Source of the DNA: Monocercomonoides exilis PA203 | Taxonomy: Eukaryota > Protista > Preaxostyla | DNA: 64,000 nucleotides | Assembly: GCA_001643675.2 (NCBI GenBank) | Contig: LSRY02000006.1 | Span: 1,054,001-1,118,000, forward strand | Direction: 5' to 3' | Shown here: one piece after another, positions 15,567-27,959 of the stretch | How positions within the stretch are numbered: position 1 is the first letter of the stretch | Layout: each line of letters begins with the position of its first letter | The notes under the pieces: generated by a model | Databases searched by the model: none | What the model saw: only the letters and a program-made list of their open reading frames with translations | What the model was told of the DNA's origin: nothing | Program-made: the position numbers and the translations under genes

Positions 15567-18500
15567 ATGGTTTCACACACTTATTTGAATTGCTTAAAAG
15601 GAAACTCTTTCATTTTTGTTTCTCTTTTCTTTTTGTTTAATTGTTTTTAAAGGAAAAAATTGATTCTCTGCTTGAATCATTGAAAATTTGGCCTCAAGTT
15701 CCTAGACTGTGGAAAGATAGTTTGATGGCATATATATTTTCTTTATTAACTAACTTCAAACAATATAAATTATTTTTATAAATTTTAAATAGCAAAAGAT
15801 ACATGGAAAAACGATGATGATCTTGGAATGATAAAAGTTCTTGTTCCTCACGAGCATCTTCATGGTATTGATTGCATTCATTTTTCTCCATTAATCTTTT
15901 AATTTTAATTTATTTTTTTAACTTGCATCATTCAATTACAATTTATTTAACCAATCTTATTCGTAAAACATTTAGATATCCCATCTCGAGAAGAAATTGA
16001 GTTATATGAGTATCACTACGATAAATTACTTCTTGCCAAACTTTCAGAAAAGCAAGATTCATGTCAAGCAGAGCCTCCATTTACGCTGCCTTGCCGTTCC
16101 TCTTCTGAAACAATTGGTGATGAGCCAGCACTTCCAGAAATGACACTTTCACAGATTGAAACTTTATTGAGGTTAAGCCCAGATGAACGAGAACAACAGC
16201 TTCGTTCGCTAAAAGCAGAAAAGATGAACATGTTCGAGAATGACGAACTTGATACTGAAGCCGAATACGAAAATGATGCTTCATTGGTTGATGAGATTGA
16301 GAGATGGAAACGTGGAAAGGAAATTCTGCATTTTTCGGAAGGAATCAGCGAAATGGCGCGTACCAAAATAGAAGCCAAAGAGGAATATTTTAAAGGCAGA
16401 CTGCAAGAAAGCAGAGACGGGGCATTGGATCAAGAATCGGATAATAATCTGTCATCCACAATTGATTTGATGGCAAAGGAAGCAGATGCACCTGATTTCC
16501 AGACGAGCAAAGTTAAAATCGAAGACGACACGGTTGTGATGGAAGACGGAGACGATGCGAACATCCCGCGGCCACTTCAGGAACAATACTCGAATGTCTC
16601 TGACAAATCAATGCGCTCATCTTCTTCAACCACACCTCATGAAGCATCTTCTTCTCCTTCTTCTGCCTCTTCTTCACCAGATGCTCAGCTTTCTTCAGAG
16701 CCAACAGATCCCTCTGGGATTTCTCATCCGCAACCATCTGATTCATCTTCATCTTCTCATCAACTGCCTTCTGCTGATACATCACTCACAAAAAACGCAT
16801 CACATTCTGATTCGATTTCATCATCATCTTCTTCTTCTTCAGCTTCTTCTTCGTCGTCATCATCTTCTCTTGATACTGCAGCGTCCAAAGAAGGAAGTAA
16901 CAAGAACAACGAAAAAGAAGAGAAGAGAGAAAAAGAAAAAGAAGAAGAAGAAGAAGAAGAAGAAGAAGAAGAAGAAGAAGAAGAAATGAATGAATGTGCC
17001 GAGAAAGAGAAGAAAGGCGATGACTGCAAAGATGAAAAAGCGAACGAGTCGTCTCATTCGAATGAGCAAATGCAAAAGAATTGTGTTAACAAAGCGAAGG
17101 AATCAACTGAAGATTCTTCAATTGAAAAGGGAGAAAAGGAAAATCAAACTGAAGCAGTGAAAGAAGAGAGAAGCAATGATCAAAAACACAGTGAATCAAA
17201 AGAAGACAAAAAATGTGCTGATAAAATGCTTGAAGAAGGCAATGATGATCGAATTGAGGAAAATTCAAAGGGAGAAAAGGCAATTCAACACGAAAAAGAT
17301 GAACGGGAATTGAAGAAGAATCATTTTCAGATGTATGATGATGACAGCGAAGAAGATGAAGATGGTAATGAAGAAGAAGAAGGTACAACTCCACAAAAGA
17401 AGAGAAGAGACGAAAGGCGATCAACAGCATCATCAGCAGCATCAATAACCGCAACAGCAACAAAAGGAGAAGGAGAAGGAGAAGGAGAAGGAGAAGGAGA
17501 AGGAGAAGGAGAAGGAGAAAGAATAGAGAAATTATCCAGTGATGTTAATAATACCAATAATACCAATAATAATAATAATCCTCTTCTTCCCCCCGAGTCC
17601 GATTCCGACTCCTCCTCCTTGTTTCCTTCATCTCTTTCCTCCGAGCAGCTCGCTGAATTCCTCTCAGACCCCTTTTCTCTTCAGAGTTTTCTTGCCTCTC
17701 GCTCAATTTCCGCGCCAATTATTTTTCCTCTTCCGCACAACGACGCACAGTTTGATGTTGATTCAGAGTTTGTCTATAAAAAATTTGAGCTGCCGAAGCA
17801 TCCGGCGGTGTGGCTGAGGGGAAGGAAAGGGAGGTGCCTTGTGGATGGGGAGATATGGGACGAGGAGAAGGAGAAGGAGAAGGAGAAGGAGAAGGAGAAG
17901 GAGAAAATGAGGGAGAAGGAGAAAGAGAGAGAGAGAGAGAAGGAGAAGGAGAAAGGAAAGGAACAGGAAAGGAAAGGAAATGATTCAAAAAATAATGAAG
18001 CGAAAGAGGGTAAGAAAGAGGGAAACTTGCAAAAGAATAGCAATTCCAATCAAAACAGCAAAGAAGCCAAAAAAGCAGAAAAAGAAGAAAATTCTTCAAA
18101 AGAAGGCAAAAAAATGAGTGAGCAGAAAAAAGATCAGAAAAAGAAAGACAAACAACAAGAAAATGAGAATGCGAAGAAAGGCAAAGGAAAAGAGAAAGAG
18201 AAAGAGAAAGAGAAAGGTAAAACGAAAGGAAAAGAAGAGGGGAAAAAGGAAGGAAACAAGCAAAATGATAAGAAAACGAAGAAGGAAGAGAAGAAATTGC
18301 AGAAAGAGAAAGAGAAACAAAATGCAAAAAAAGAGAAAGAGAAAGGTAAAAATAAGGGAAATGCTAATGATAAGAAGAAAGACGAGAAAAAACAAGAAAA
18401 ATCGGAAAAAACAAAAGAAGACTCAAAAAAAGGAGGAGAAAAAGCAAAAGAGAAAGAGAAAGAGAAAGAAAAAGAAAAATTAAATCAAAAAGAAGACAAA

Positions 18501-20714
18501 AATGAAGATGCAACCGAAGAAACTGATGAAGACGATGAAGACATAATTGTTCCTGAGAACTTGAAAGGGAAAAAGAACAAAGCGAAAAGAAAGAAATGGA
18601 TCAAAGAAGAGAAAATCAGAAGAAAAGAGGCAAAGGCAAAGGCAAATGCTAATTCGAATGTTAATGCAAATATTTCAATAGAACCAGCTGCCAATGAAAA
18701 AACAGATAATTCTTCTTCTTCTTCTTCTCTCTCTACTTCTTCATCTGCTGCAAAACATACAACAAACAATGCTCACTTAACCACTTCGGTTTTTGACTCG
18801 GCTTCTGCTTCTGCTTCTTCCTCCTCTTCCTCATCATCTTCTTCTTCTTCAATTCAACCAACTTCTTCTTCTTCCTCTTCCTCCTCTTCCTCTTCTTCTT
18901 CCACCCAGACCTGCCCCTTCTGCTCCTCAGACTCTCTGATGGTGATGAACCTGAAGATCATCTCCTGCCCGTTCTCCACAGGCTCCATCGACCCTTTCTC
19001 CTCCGACTCCTCCTCGTCTTCCCCTTTCAACGACGAGCCAGTACCCGATGAAGAATCGCAGATATGCACACCAGGAATGGTGATAGGGGGAAGATACGAA
19101 GTGGTGCGGTATCTGAACACAGCTGCGTTTTCTGTGGCGTTTGAGTGTTTTGACAGAGAAAGGCAGGAGCGGCTGTGCATGAAAGTGACGAAGGAGATGA
19201 AGTACTTTGACCAGTCGGTGGATGAGATCAAGCTGCTTTCGTACATCAACGGCCACGATAGAGAAGACAAGTGCCACATGGTGCAGATGCGGGACTACTT
19301 CTACTACAAAGAGCATCTTTTCATTGTGTGTGAGCTGCTGGGAAACAATCTGTATGACTATCAGCAGAAAGTGGAGCATAACATCGAGAAGGGTTTGAAG
19401 GAGATGATGATTGCAGAGGACGAGGAGCGGAAGGAGAGGATTCAGCAGAAGCTGGAGCTGATACAGAAGACGGAGGAGGCGAAAGGGAAGATGAAGCGTG
19501 CAAGAGCTGCGATTGGTGCAGAAGGAGAAGGAGAAGGGGGAAGAGAAGGAGAAGGAGAGAGAGAAGGAGCGGTTGATAACTTGTATGGAGCTATTAATGG
19601 AGAAGAAGATGCTGACGAAGACGAGGAAGACTTTCTGGAGGAAGACGAGCTGGTTGACGAGCTGCTTGAGGAAGGGTTTGAGGACGAGGCAGCGTATGTG
19701 GAGCGGCGGGAAGCTGAATACATTGTGCGTCTGAGAGAGCTGAAAGCGCGGTTCAACTACTTCAACATACCCCGGCTGCAGCTGATTGCGCGGCAGATTC
19801 TGGAAGGGCTTGCATTTCTGCATTCCATTGGGCTTATGCACTGTGATCTGAAGCCTGAAAACATCCTGATTGCGTCGATCGACCCGTGTGTGGTGAAGAT
19901 CATCGACTTCGGCTCTTCCTGTTTTGTGTGTGATGCGCTCACGTTTTACACCCAGTCGCGTTCATATCGTGCTCCAGAGGTGATTCTGGGCAGACCGTAT
20001 GGAAGAAAGATTGACATATGGAGTGTTGGGTGTATCATTGCAGAGATGCTGACAGGGAGAGTGCTGTTTCTGAATGAGTCGCTGCAGACGCTGCTGGGAA
20101 GGGTCATTGCGATCACAGGAGACATACCACAGTCGTTCTTGAGGGAGTGCAAGTACAGGAAACGCTACTTCACACATTCAGGAAATCTGTATGAGATGAT
20201 TACAGAGGAAGATTTAGAGGAAGCAGGGGAAGACGAGGAAGAGGACGAGGAAGAGGAGGAGGAGTTTGAAGAGGATGGAGAGGAAGAGGAAGAGGAAGAG
20301 GAGGAGGATGGTGATGAAGATGAGGAAGAGAATGATGAAGAAGAAGCAGACAAGGAAGACGAGCTTGCAGATGCCGTGAACAAAGACTACGACGACGAAA
20401 GAGACGAATTCGGGATCAAAATCGACTCGAAACCAGGGCATTCACATCATAATCAACATAGTCATAATCACCAGCATCGCAAGCGCCACAAGCGCCGGGT
20501 GAGAAGGGTATTGAAAAGCCGAAGACAGAAAGTGGGGCTGCACTATGTCCTGCCGAAGGAAACGAACCTGATGCACCGGCTGGGCACCGACGACATGCTG
20601 TTTGTGGACTTCGTGGCGCGGCTGCTGACTGTCGACCCGTCGCTCCGGCCGAGCGCGGAGGAGGCGCTGAGGCACCCGTGGTTCCAGGTGAAGTATCCAC
20701 AGAACGAGAAATGA
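15567..20714 (+). CDS. DYRK-family (DYRKP/ppk15-like) CMGC protein kinase; predicted introns 15570-15652, 15720-15792, 15865-15975
   Basis: FDQSVDEIKLL, DYFYYKEHLFIVCELL, HCDLKPENIL, IIDFGSSCF, YTQSRSYRAPEVILG, IDIWSVGCI. The 5' exons were reconstructed by eye and the start is less certain. Confidence 0.88.
17465..17518 (+). repeat. (GGAGAA)n coding microsatellite (Gly-Glu repeat) in the kinase
   Basis: Perfect hexamer tandem array. Confidence 0.85.
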
Positions 20715-21706
20715 ATTGGGGAAATGTTTGAGGGGAGAAAAAAATAAAAAATAATAAATAAAATAAAAAACATTTTTTCAGTTTTCTTTGAAACAACTCA
20801 TGTCATATTTGATTATACATATTGATTTTGTATGATTCTTTTGTTGATACTATTTCTGACTTTCTTCATAAATCTATTTTGAGTACTTGAATTCACTTCA
20901 ATTGATAAACTGTAGTTTTTATTTCTCTCTTAATTTAAACTTTTTAATATTTATTGCATCACCAAAAAATGAAATTTTTTTATAATTAATTTATGGTTAA
21001 TCAAATCAGAAATTGGTGAAAAAGTTAACTCTGGTCAACATTTTTTTCTTGAAAAGTAAATACAATCATCACTTGTTCGTTATTTAACATTTATTGATTT
21101 TTAAAACTTGATTGCTCCAACAGGCGCATTACTATTAAAATGCTAAATAAAAAGCAGATTTCTTATTGCAAATAGCATTATTTCCACATTTTCGTTCTGC
21201 GCACTTGTTCTTTTGATATTTATATAAAAAAAATTGTAACTTATTCGTCGAAGTGATAAACATGCTTTAATCAGTAAATGCAAAAATTACTTTACAGAAA
21301 TTTTTAAATTCAAGTTCAAGCTTGAGTTTTTGAAAATGACAGAAAAATGACAAATTTATCAACAGATTCGATTAATAATGTAGATTCCATAAATTTATAT
21401 CATTTGTAATTATGTCGTACGCGTCGTATAATCATTCGATTGTAAATCTGATATAAAGCATAAATTCGATATTTTATTTGTTAAAATTCTAAATAAAATT
21501 CAAAACAGCAAATACAACACAAGAATAAAAGTATTTCGATTTTTGACATCAAAATATGTTTTTTATTACTGATAATTATTCAACAAAAATCATTAGAAAT
21601 TTTGCAAAAATTCCGTAAAGCTCACATTGGTTCAAAGCTTGAATAACTATATAAATAATTATAAATTATGTTTATAACCATTATTATATAATTAAATCAA
21701 AAGTTT

Positions 21707-24700
21707 ATGTTGCTGTCTTGTGCGTTAAAGTATATTTTTTTAATAAACACCCTTGTATTTTGTCAACTTAAAACGAGCTATAAATTAGCCGATGGGTGCA
21801 CTGTAAATATTAGAGACAAGCAATTGTTTTTACAGCGGAATTCTTCCTTATCCTTTCATTCATGTATTCTGGTTGCACAAAATTACAACGCGTTATTTTA
21901 CGTGACACAGAAAAGTATAGCTGAATTAAGTTGCGTTACTCTTCGTTATGAAGAAAATACTTCTCCATTCTTTCAGACTGATGAAGGAAAACTCAAAATA
22001 TCGAACTTAACTTTAGAAAATTTGAATCTTCAGAAAACATATTCATGCTTAATTTACACTAACAATATAATGGACACTGTTGCAATCGCGGACTCAAAAT
22101 TTACGTCAATGGAACTTCAGATGAAATCATCATTTTTATATGATTCTGAAATTTCTAGATCATTAATAGATAAGGTGATTTTTATTAACATCACATCAAA
22201 AAGTGAGTTGAAAAAATTACCTGAAAAACGCTCGGAACGATGTGAAATGCGCTTTTTAACTGTTACTAATTGTATGTTTGATAGATGCCCAAATTCTCAT
22301 GAAGGAGCTCTTTTCTCGATGCATGGAGAAAATATTCAGGCATCTTTTCAAAATGGATCGATTAGCAATGCGTGTAATTCGGTTTATGTTAATTCTCGCC
22401 AAACCATCACAGGAACAGTGAACTATACCGACTACATCTTCAGTTCGTTGTATACTTCTTACTCCAGTGGTGGAGCTATACATGCAAATCCACTATGCAA
22501 CTTGACTCTTAATTTGTGCGAATTTTCAGATTGTTTGGCGACCAACGGAGATGGTGGATCGATATACACTTATAATGCAACTTTAATACAAATAAACAAC
22601 ACAAATTTTAAAAACAGTTCTGCTTACTATTCTGGGGGAACTATACGAGAGTCTTATTCAAAACGATTTATTTTGCAAAATGTGAAAATACAATCATCTT
22701 TATCTAAGAGTCGGGAAGGAAATTTGTATGGAGGAGGAGGAGTATACATTAGTGAAGGGGTTGCTGTTGTTTTAAATAATGTCACTTGCAAGGACTGTAA
22801 AAGCAACCACAGTGGAGGAGGAATGTTATTAACTCATTTTTCTTCATCCATGTCGATTGTCGAAAATACGTTTGACAATTGCTCCTGTTATAGTGGTTAT
22901 TCAGATTTTGGAGGGGGCATTTGCTTCACTCCGAAGCAATCGTCTTATTCTATAACATATTATAAGCCGAATATCACCTTTTGTGAGTTCTTGAACAATT
23001 ATGCAGGATCAACTTACGGAGATGATTTGGCGGTGGATCTAACCAATTATTATCCTTCAAATTCGTACTATGAGAATATGTCCTTATGGCTGGATCGGTC
23101 GTGTGTTTCTATGTGCCGTTCTAATTCTCTGTCCGACAATAGAGTTATCGTTAATTACACTGACTGTAGTTTTTGGATTCATTCAATTGTTTATGTTAAT
23201 CCATCGAACCCCCACTCATCCTTGGTAAATTGCGGATCAAAAGATACTCCTTGTTATTCTCTGTACAGTGCAATTGAGAGTATTACACAAAAACAAAACG
23301 TGACTCCATCCATAAATGACTATGTGTACGTTCCAGTTCATTCCAATGATAATTATTTTGAAAATTCGATCACAATATCTGAAAAAAATGTGATTGTTTT
23401 CCCTGATGACAAGACAACAGAAGTTTTCACTGCTATGGAAACTTCCGGTGGGGATCCGTTTTCTTCTTCTTTTGCTTCTTCTTTGTCATCTTTATCTGGT
23501 AGCCATAAAGGGTCTGTGGCAAACGGTAACGTCACTATCGTTCCAAACTCTTTTTCAACGATTTCGTTGATTAATGTTGTAAATGGGTCAAGAATGGTTG
23601 CTACTTATGTTGATTTTAACTCACACTGGAATTGTTCATATGTTCTTAGCCAAATTATTTTTACAGTGAAATCTTCTTATCTTTTTCTCGATCACGTCAC
23701 TTTTAAAATACTTGGTGCGAATTCCAGTTATTATTCACGCGGGATGGAGTCTTTTATTTCGATGACGGATAGCGAAGCCACAATCTTGCAATGTACATTT
23801 TATGGAGAGCTCAATTATAACAAGCATAATAGCCTGAAAAACGGAAATGAAGCAGCTTTTAATGATGCATATCTTCCCACATTAAATGAAGAAAAAGCTT
23901 TGGATATGGACGGTGATTCATATTCAGTCTGTGGAGCGACTAAAGGAATCATTAGTTTGAACAAATCTATTTTGGAGATCAACAGCAGTTATTTTGCTTA
24001 TTCTTATGACCATGCAATCGTTGTCAGCAATTCTTCGGTTGATATTAACGAAGTTATCATCAACCAATTGGAAGATCAGTCAACCGTTTTCAGGCCATTT
24101 TGCAGGTCTATTTATTGTGATGGTGATGGCTCCATTTTCTTAGAAGGCCTTACTGTGTACAAAAGCTCTTATTCATCACAAACTGCAAGTGGAAAGTCGA
24201 TGAATTTGGATGATCTGAGCTCTAATTCCAACGCCAGCCCACTCTGGATAAATTCTAATGGCTGCTCGTTGTTTGGCTCAGATTTGAATAATCACGATGT
24301 GTTTTACTCACCCGAGATAACAACAGCTACACTGACAATTGAAGAAAATGAAAGCGCTGAGTTAGAAGTGTCGGGGCAATATCTTATTCCTTGTTCTCTA
24401 TATTTCTCTCTTGGCATACCCAAAAATAATTCTTGGGGCTCAACTTCAAGCGCTTCTTCTTCTTCTTCTTCTTCGGGTTCGCAGTCTCAATCCTCAGAAA
24501 ATGGTGATTCATCATACTACTGGACTTCTCATTTGACTTTTTCCAATCACAACAGTGCGAAAAAGGCTTCGCATTATTTTTATGGAAATGAGAGTGTTTC
24601 TAACAGTTATTTCGATTCGTCTTCGGTCTCATCTTCTAATCAGCCTCAATCGTTACGAAATGCTTTTGCTTTGCCAAACAATCTATTTCCAAGGAAAATT

Positions 24701-26077
24701 GAAAATGTTGTGCTTCGGCTTTATTATCCTTCGTCGACTTACTCTGGAGAAGATTATCTATCTCTTGTCTTAACCATTTCGGATTTCCGTACAGACCCTC
24801 CGCCTGATGATCCACCAATTGAGCCAGATGATCCGGATGAACCCAAAAATAACAACACCACGCCTACTAACAACGACAGAACGACAAAGGGAACAAAGCT
24901 GAGCATTGGAACGATCATCTGCATTGCATTTGGCTGCACAGTTCTTTTGTGTATAGTGATAGTCATTCTGGTTGTTTTTATAGCAAAGAGAAAGAAGAGC
25001 AGCGGGTCAGGCGACGGAGGCGAAGGAGACAGAAGAAGGAGAATGTCCAGTCGAGAAGACGAAGGAGACGTACAGCTTAACTCGGTGGAAATGATGGATG
25101 TTTCCCAGACAACAGTTGCAGCTCTTCCACCTCCACCTGCGCCTGCATATACAGTGCAGTCTGCTTCTGTTGCTTATCCAGCAACTTCAGTTCCTCCTTC
25201 TGCGATGCCTTTTTCGAGTGTTCCTGTGATTCCTATGACTGTCACGCAACAATTACCACCCCCTCCTCCGTTGGCGTTGGGAGTTGTGAATGTTAACCCG
25301 CTTTCTCAGTCGCAATATGCAGTCTCGAAAGATATGTCTCTCCCAGTGCAGCAGATAAATAACATTTCTCCCTCTCCGCTTCCATCACCAATTATGATTG
25401 GATCTACAATGAACGTGTCTCAATTCGCAAAGACGGCTCTTCCGCCTCCGCCTCCTACTCAAGTGAGCTTGTCACAAACAGGTCAGCTGACTGCCTTCCA
25501 GCAGAGAATGCTATCAACACAGCTGGTTCAAAATCAAATGAAAAACAGCCAGATGCCTCCGCCATCGCAGCAAAGCTCTTTTTTGCAGATGAGCAACTCT
25601 CAAGTTCTGCCTGCTCCCGTCGGACAAAACCAGGAGCCTCAGGTGAATAATGCTCATTCACAGCAAGCTTCTCAGTTTCTTCAGCAATCTCAGTCTCAGC
25701 TTCCACAGGGAAATTCGATGTATCGTTCTCAGGCAGCACCTCCTCCAAGTTCTGTGAGCAGTATGCCTCTGCCGCTGCCTCCTGTGATGCCATCTCCACC
25801 GGCATTTACTGAAACAATGAACCAGCCAGCCAGAGATTTGAACTTGGCAGCAGCACAGACGCAGTTTCCGTCGATGCTTGCCTCACAGAAAAGCATTGCG
25901 GGGCTTCCTCCGCCTTTACCAATCAGCACGTCTAGTGCTCCTCAAAACTCAACAGTTTTGCCAAACACTGAAGATTTGCCTCAAACTGAGGTTATGAACA
26001 GCAATTCGTTGTCTCCAACTCCTGTATATAATCCTGGATTTGAAGATTTTTCGAAATTGTCGCATCTTGTCGAGTAA
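21707..26077 (+). CDS. Type I membrane protein: pectin-lyase-like/polymorphic beta-helix ectodomain, one TM segment, Pro/Gln/Ser-rich tail
   Basis: Signal-peptide-like start, repeated GG(A/S/G)I/V motifs with FxxC, CG....PC.S motif, TM IGTIICIAFGCTVLLCIVIVILVVFIA followed by KRKK. Confidence 0.8.
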   Translation: MLLSCALKYIFLINTLVFCQLKTSYKLADGCTVNIRDKQLFLQRNSSLSFHSCILVAQNYNALFYVTQKSIAELSCVTLRYEENTSPFFQTDEGKLKISNLTLENLNLQKTYSCLIYTNNIMDTVAIADSKFTSMELQMKSSFLYDSEISRSLIDKVIFINITSKSELKKLPEKRSERCEMRFLTVTNCMFDRCPNSHEGALFSMHGENIQASFQNGSISNACNSVYVNSRQTITGTVNYTDYIFSSLYTSYSSGGAIHANPLCNLTLNLCEFSDCLATNGDGGSIYTYNATLIQINNTNFKNSSAYYSGGTIRESYSKRFILQNVKIQSSLSKSREGNLYGGGGVYISEGVAVVLNNVTCKDCKSNHSGGGMLLTHFSSSMSIVENTFDNCSCYSGYSDFGGGICFTPKQSSYSITYYKPNITFCEFLNNYAGSTYGDDLAVDLTNYYPSNSYYENMSLWLDRSCVSMCRSNSLSDNRVIVNYTDCSFWIHSIVYVNPSNPHSSLVNCGSKDTPCYSLYSAIESITQKQNVTPSINDYVYVPVHSNDNYFENSITISEKNVIVFPDDKTTEVFTAMETSGGDPFSSSFASSLSSLSGSHKGSVANGNVTIVPNSFSTISLINVVNGSRMVATYVDFNSHWNCSYVLSQIIFTVKSSYLFLDHVTFKILGANSSYYSRGMESFISMTDSEATILQCTFYGELNYNKHNSLKNGNEAAFNDAYLPTLNEEKALDMDGDSYSVCGATKGIISLNKSILEINSSYFAYSYDHAIVVSNSSVDINEVIINQLEDQSTVFRPFCRSIYCDGDGSIFLEGLTVYKSSYSSQTASGKSMNLDDLSSNSNASPLWINSNGCSLFGSDLNNHDVFYSPEITTATLTIEENESAELEVSGQYLIPCSLYFSLGIPKNNSWGSTSSASSSSSSSGSQSQSSENGDSSYYWTSHLTFSNHNSAKKASHYFYGNESVSNSYFDSSSVSSSNQPQSLRNAFALPNNLFPRKIENVVLRLYYPSSTYSGEDYLSLVLTISDFRTDPPPDDPPIEPDDPDEPKNNNTTPTNNDRTTKGTKLSIGTIICIAFGCTVLLCIVIVILVVFIAKRKKSSGSGDGGEGDRRRRMSSREDEGDVQLNSVEMMDVSQTTVAALPPPPAPAYTVQSASVAYPATSVPPSAMPFSSVPVIPMTVTQQLPPPPPLALGVVNVNPLSQSQYAVSKDMSLPVQQINNISPSPLPSPIMIGSTMNVSQFAKTALPPPPPTQVSLSQTGQLTAFQQRMLSTQLVQNQMKNSQMPPPSQQSSFLQMSNSQVLPAPVGQNQEPQVNNAHSQQASQFLQQSQSQLPQGNSMYRSQAAPPPSSVSSMPLPLPPVMPSPPAFTETMNQPARDLNLAAAQTQFPSMLASQKSIAGLPPPLPISTSSAPQNSTVLPNTEDLPQTEVMNSNSLSPTPVYNPGFEDFSKLSHLVE

Positions 26078-26689
26078 TTTCAGAGATTTTAAAAAATGAA
26101 AAATAAAAAGAAAGAGAAGAAAAATATTACAAAAATATACGGAATTTTGTTTTTGAGCGAGCATTATCTTTAATTCGTTTGTGGTTTTAATTTTCTGAAA
26201 AGGATTTTTTTTTTCATTGTTTTTGATATTTTTTTATGAATTTTTTTTTTTATGAATTTTACTCAAAATGAGAATTGATTTGTAATTTGCTGAATTTTAT
26301 TTTGACTTCATTTGTAATTAAACGTGTTAATTTGAGTTCAAGTCATTTATCTAGTAGTGTTGTTTTTTTATTCGACTCTTAGAATCAATCCCTTATAACA
26401 TAGAGTTTAGCTGTGCTTGTTTGAGTACTGAATTTGTTTTGCATTGTTTTTACACTCTAATATTCTTCACAAAACTGTCTAGTTAACGCATACCACAAAA
26501 CAACAATAATTAGAGAAACGGTCATATTGATTTATCACCAATAAATGTTTATTCATCATTTAAAAGAATCTCAAGAAGTTCAATGTGATATTGATAATTT
26601 GTTGTGTAATAAAGGATTTCATGTGATAAATTTTAAAACAATAATGATATTTGTAAATGCTTTTAAAATTGATTCAAATATTTATTATC

Positions 26690-26691
<2 letters not shown>

Positions 26692-26734
<43 letters not shown>
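26692..26734. repeat. Poly(T) tract, 43 nt
   Basis: Direct observation. Confidence 0.9.
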
Positions 26735-26746
26735 CGGAAAACTATA

Positions 26747-27018
26747 TGGTGGAAAATACGGACTTTCAAGCTATTTTTGCACAAAGCACAAAAAAATTGA
26801 TTCGCTCAAAACTTTATTTCTCTTTCTCAGATTTCAAAACGAATTTGATTTTCATAACTGAAAACAGTTATCATTGAAATCAAAACAAAAAAAATATTGT
26901 GTCATTTAACGAGTGTCAAAAACGAACTTATTTTCACTGTGTTTTTTTGATTTAAAAATAGTCAATGAAAAGTGCATAATTTTTCAATGAAAATGCATGA
27001 AGTGAAATATTTTGTCCC
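26747..27018. mobile_element. Diverged copy of the 27691-27959 MITE
   Basis: Colinear ~270-bp direct repeat (aaaatacggactttca...gcacaaagcacaaaaaaattg...agtcaatgaaaagtgcat); termini decayed. Confidence 0.7.
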
Positions 27019-27031
27019 ATTTGAAAGAAGT

Positions 27032-27304
27032 GGGTGATTATTTTTGCAATGGGTGATTGGTTTTAAATTCATAACTTTTTTCGAAGTGTTGATTCTTTAA
27101 AGGCTTTATTTCATTGGAAAGGTATTATTCATTCAAAAGAAAAATGAATAATAATTGTTCGAGATAATAATGTTCGAGAAATCTTTCACGAAGTATTTTT
27201 TTCAAAGTGGTTTAAACTTCACAGAGTTAATAGATTAATATACGAAGCGAATTCAAAAACTGAAAATTTTGATGGAGAAAATATAGATTCAAAAATAATT
27301 ACCC
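27032..27304. mobile_element. MITE, TIR GGGTGATTATTTTTG / CAAAAATAATTACCC, 4-bp TSD AAGT
   Basis: 15-bp TIR with one mismatch; AAGT at 27028-27031 and 27305-27308. Confidence 0.7.
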
Positions 27305-27690
27305 AAGTCATAACTTTTTTTGGTGTATTGATATTTGAAAGGTTGTTTGTCTTTAGCTGAAAATATTTTTTATTAATAAAAATTGTTTTGCATTTCTTTT
27401 AAGAGCCAATGTTTGAGATTGATTCATAGCAAAAATTTCAACAAATGGGAGATAGAAATTAGGTGTTCATTAATTCATATTCAACGCAAATTTTCATTCG
27501 GAAAATCAAATTCAAATAATAGGATATCAAAAACAAGCACCCATTTTGTATAGAGAAGAAAGCATTTGTCAATTTTTGTAATTCAAATTACTGAACATGT
27601 GCATATAAATAATCATTATTTCATTCAAAAATCGTTTCTTTAAAATAGTGTTTAAATATCATTTCATTAAATTTTTAAACAAAGGGATAT

Positions 27691-27959
27691 GGGGCAAAAT
27701 ACGGACTTTCATGCATTTTTTGCACAAAGCACAAAAAAATTGTTTCACTCATAACTTTGTTTGGCATTCTCAGAGTTCAAAATGAATTTGATTTTCATAT
27801 CCTTAAACAGGCATCGTTGAAATCAAATCAAAAATTATTGTGTCATTTCACGAATTTTAAAAAATCGACACATTTTTTTTTGTGTTTTTTGTTCTCAAAA
27901 AGTCAATGAAAAGTGCATTGCATAACAATGAAAATGCCTGAAGGAAAATATTCTTCCCC
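27691..27959. mobile_element. MITE, GGGG...CCCC termini, 4-bp TSD ATAT
   Basis: GGGGCAAAATA / TATTCTTCCCC imperfect TIR, ATAT on both sides, second copy nearby. Confidence 0.65.

Noticed and set aside
26545-26877. 110-aa ORF with poly-Phe
   Set aside because: Created by the T43 tract and MITE sequence
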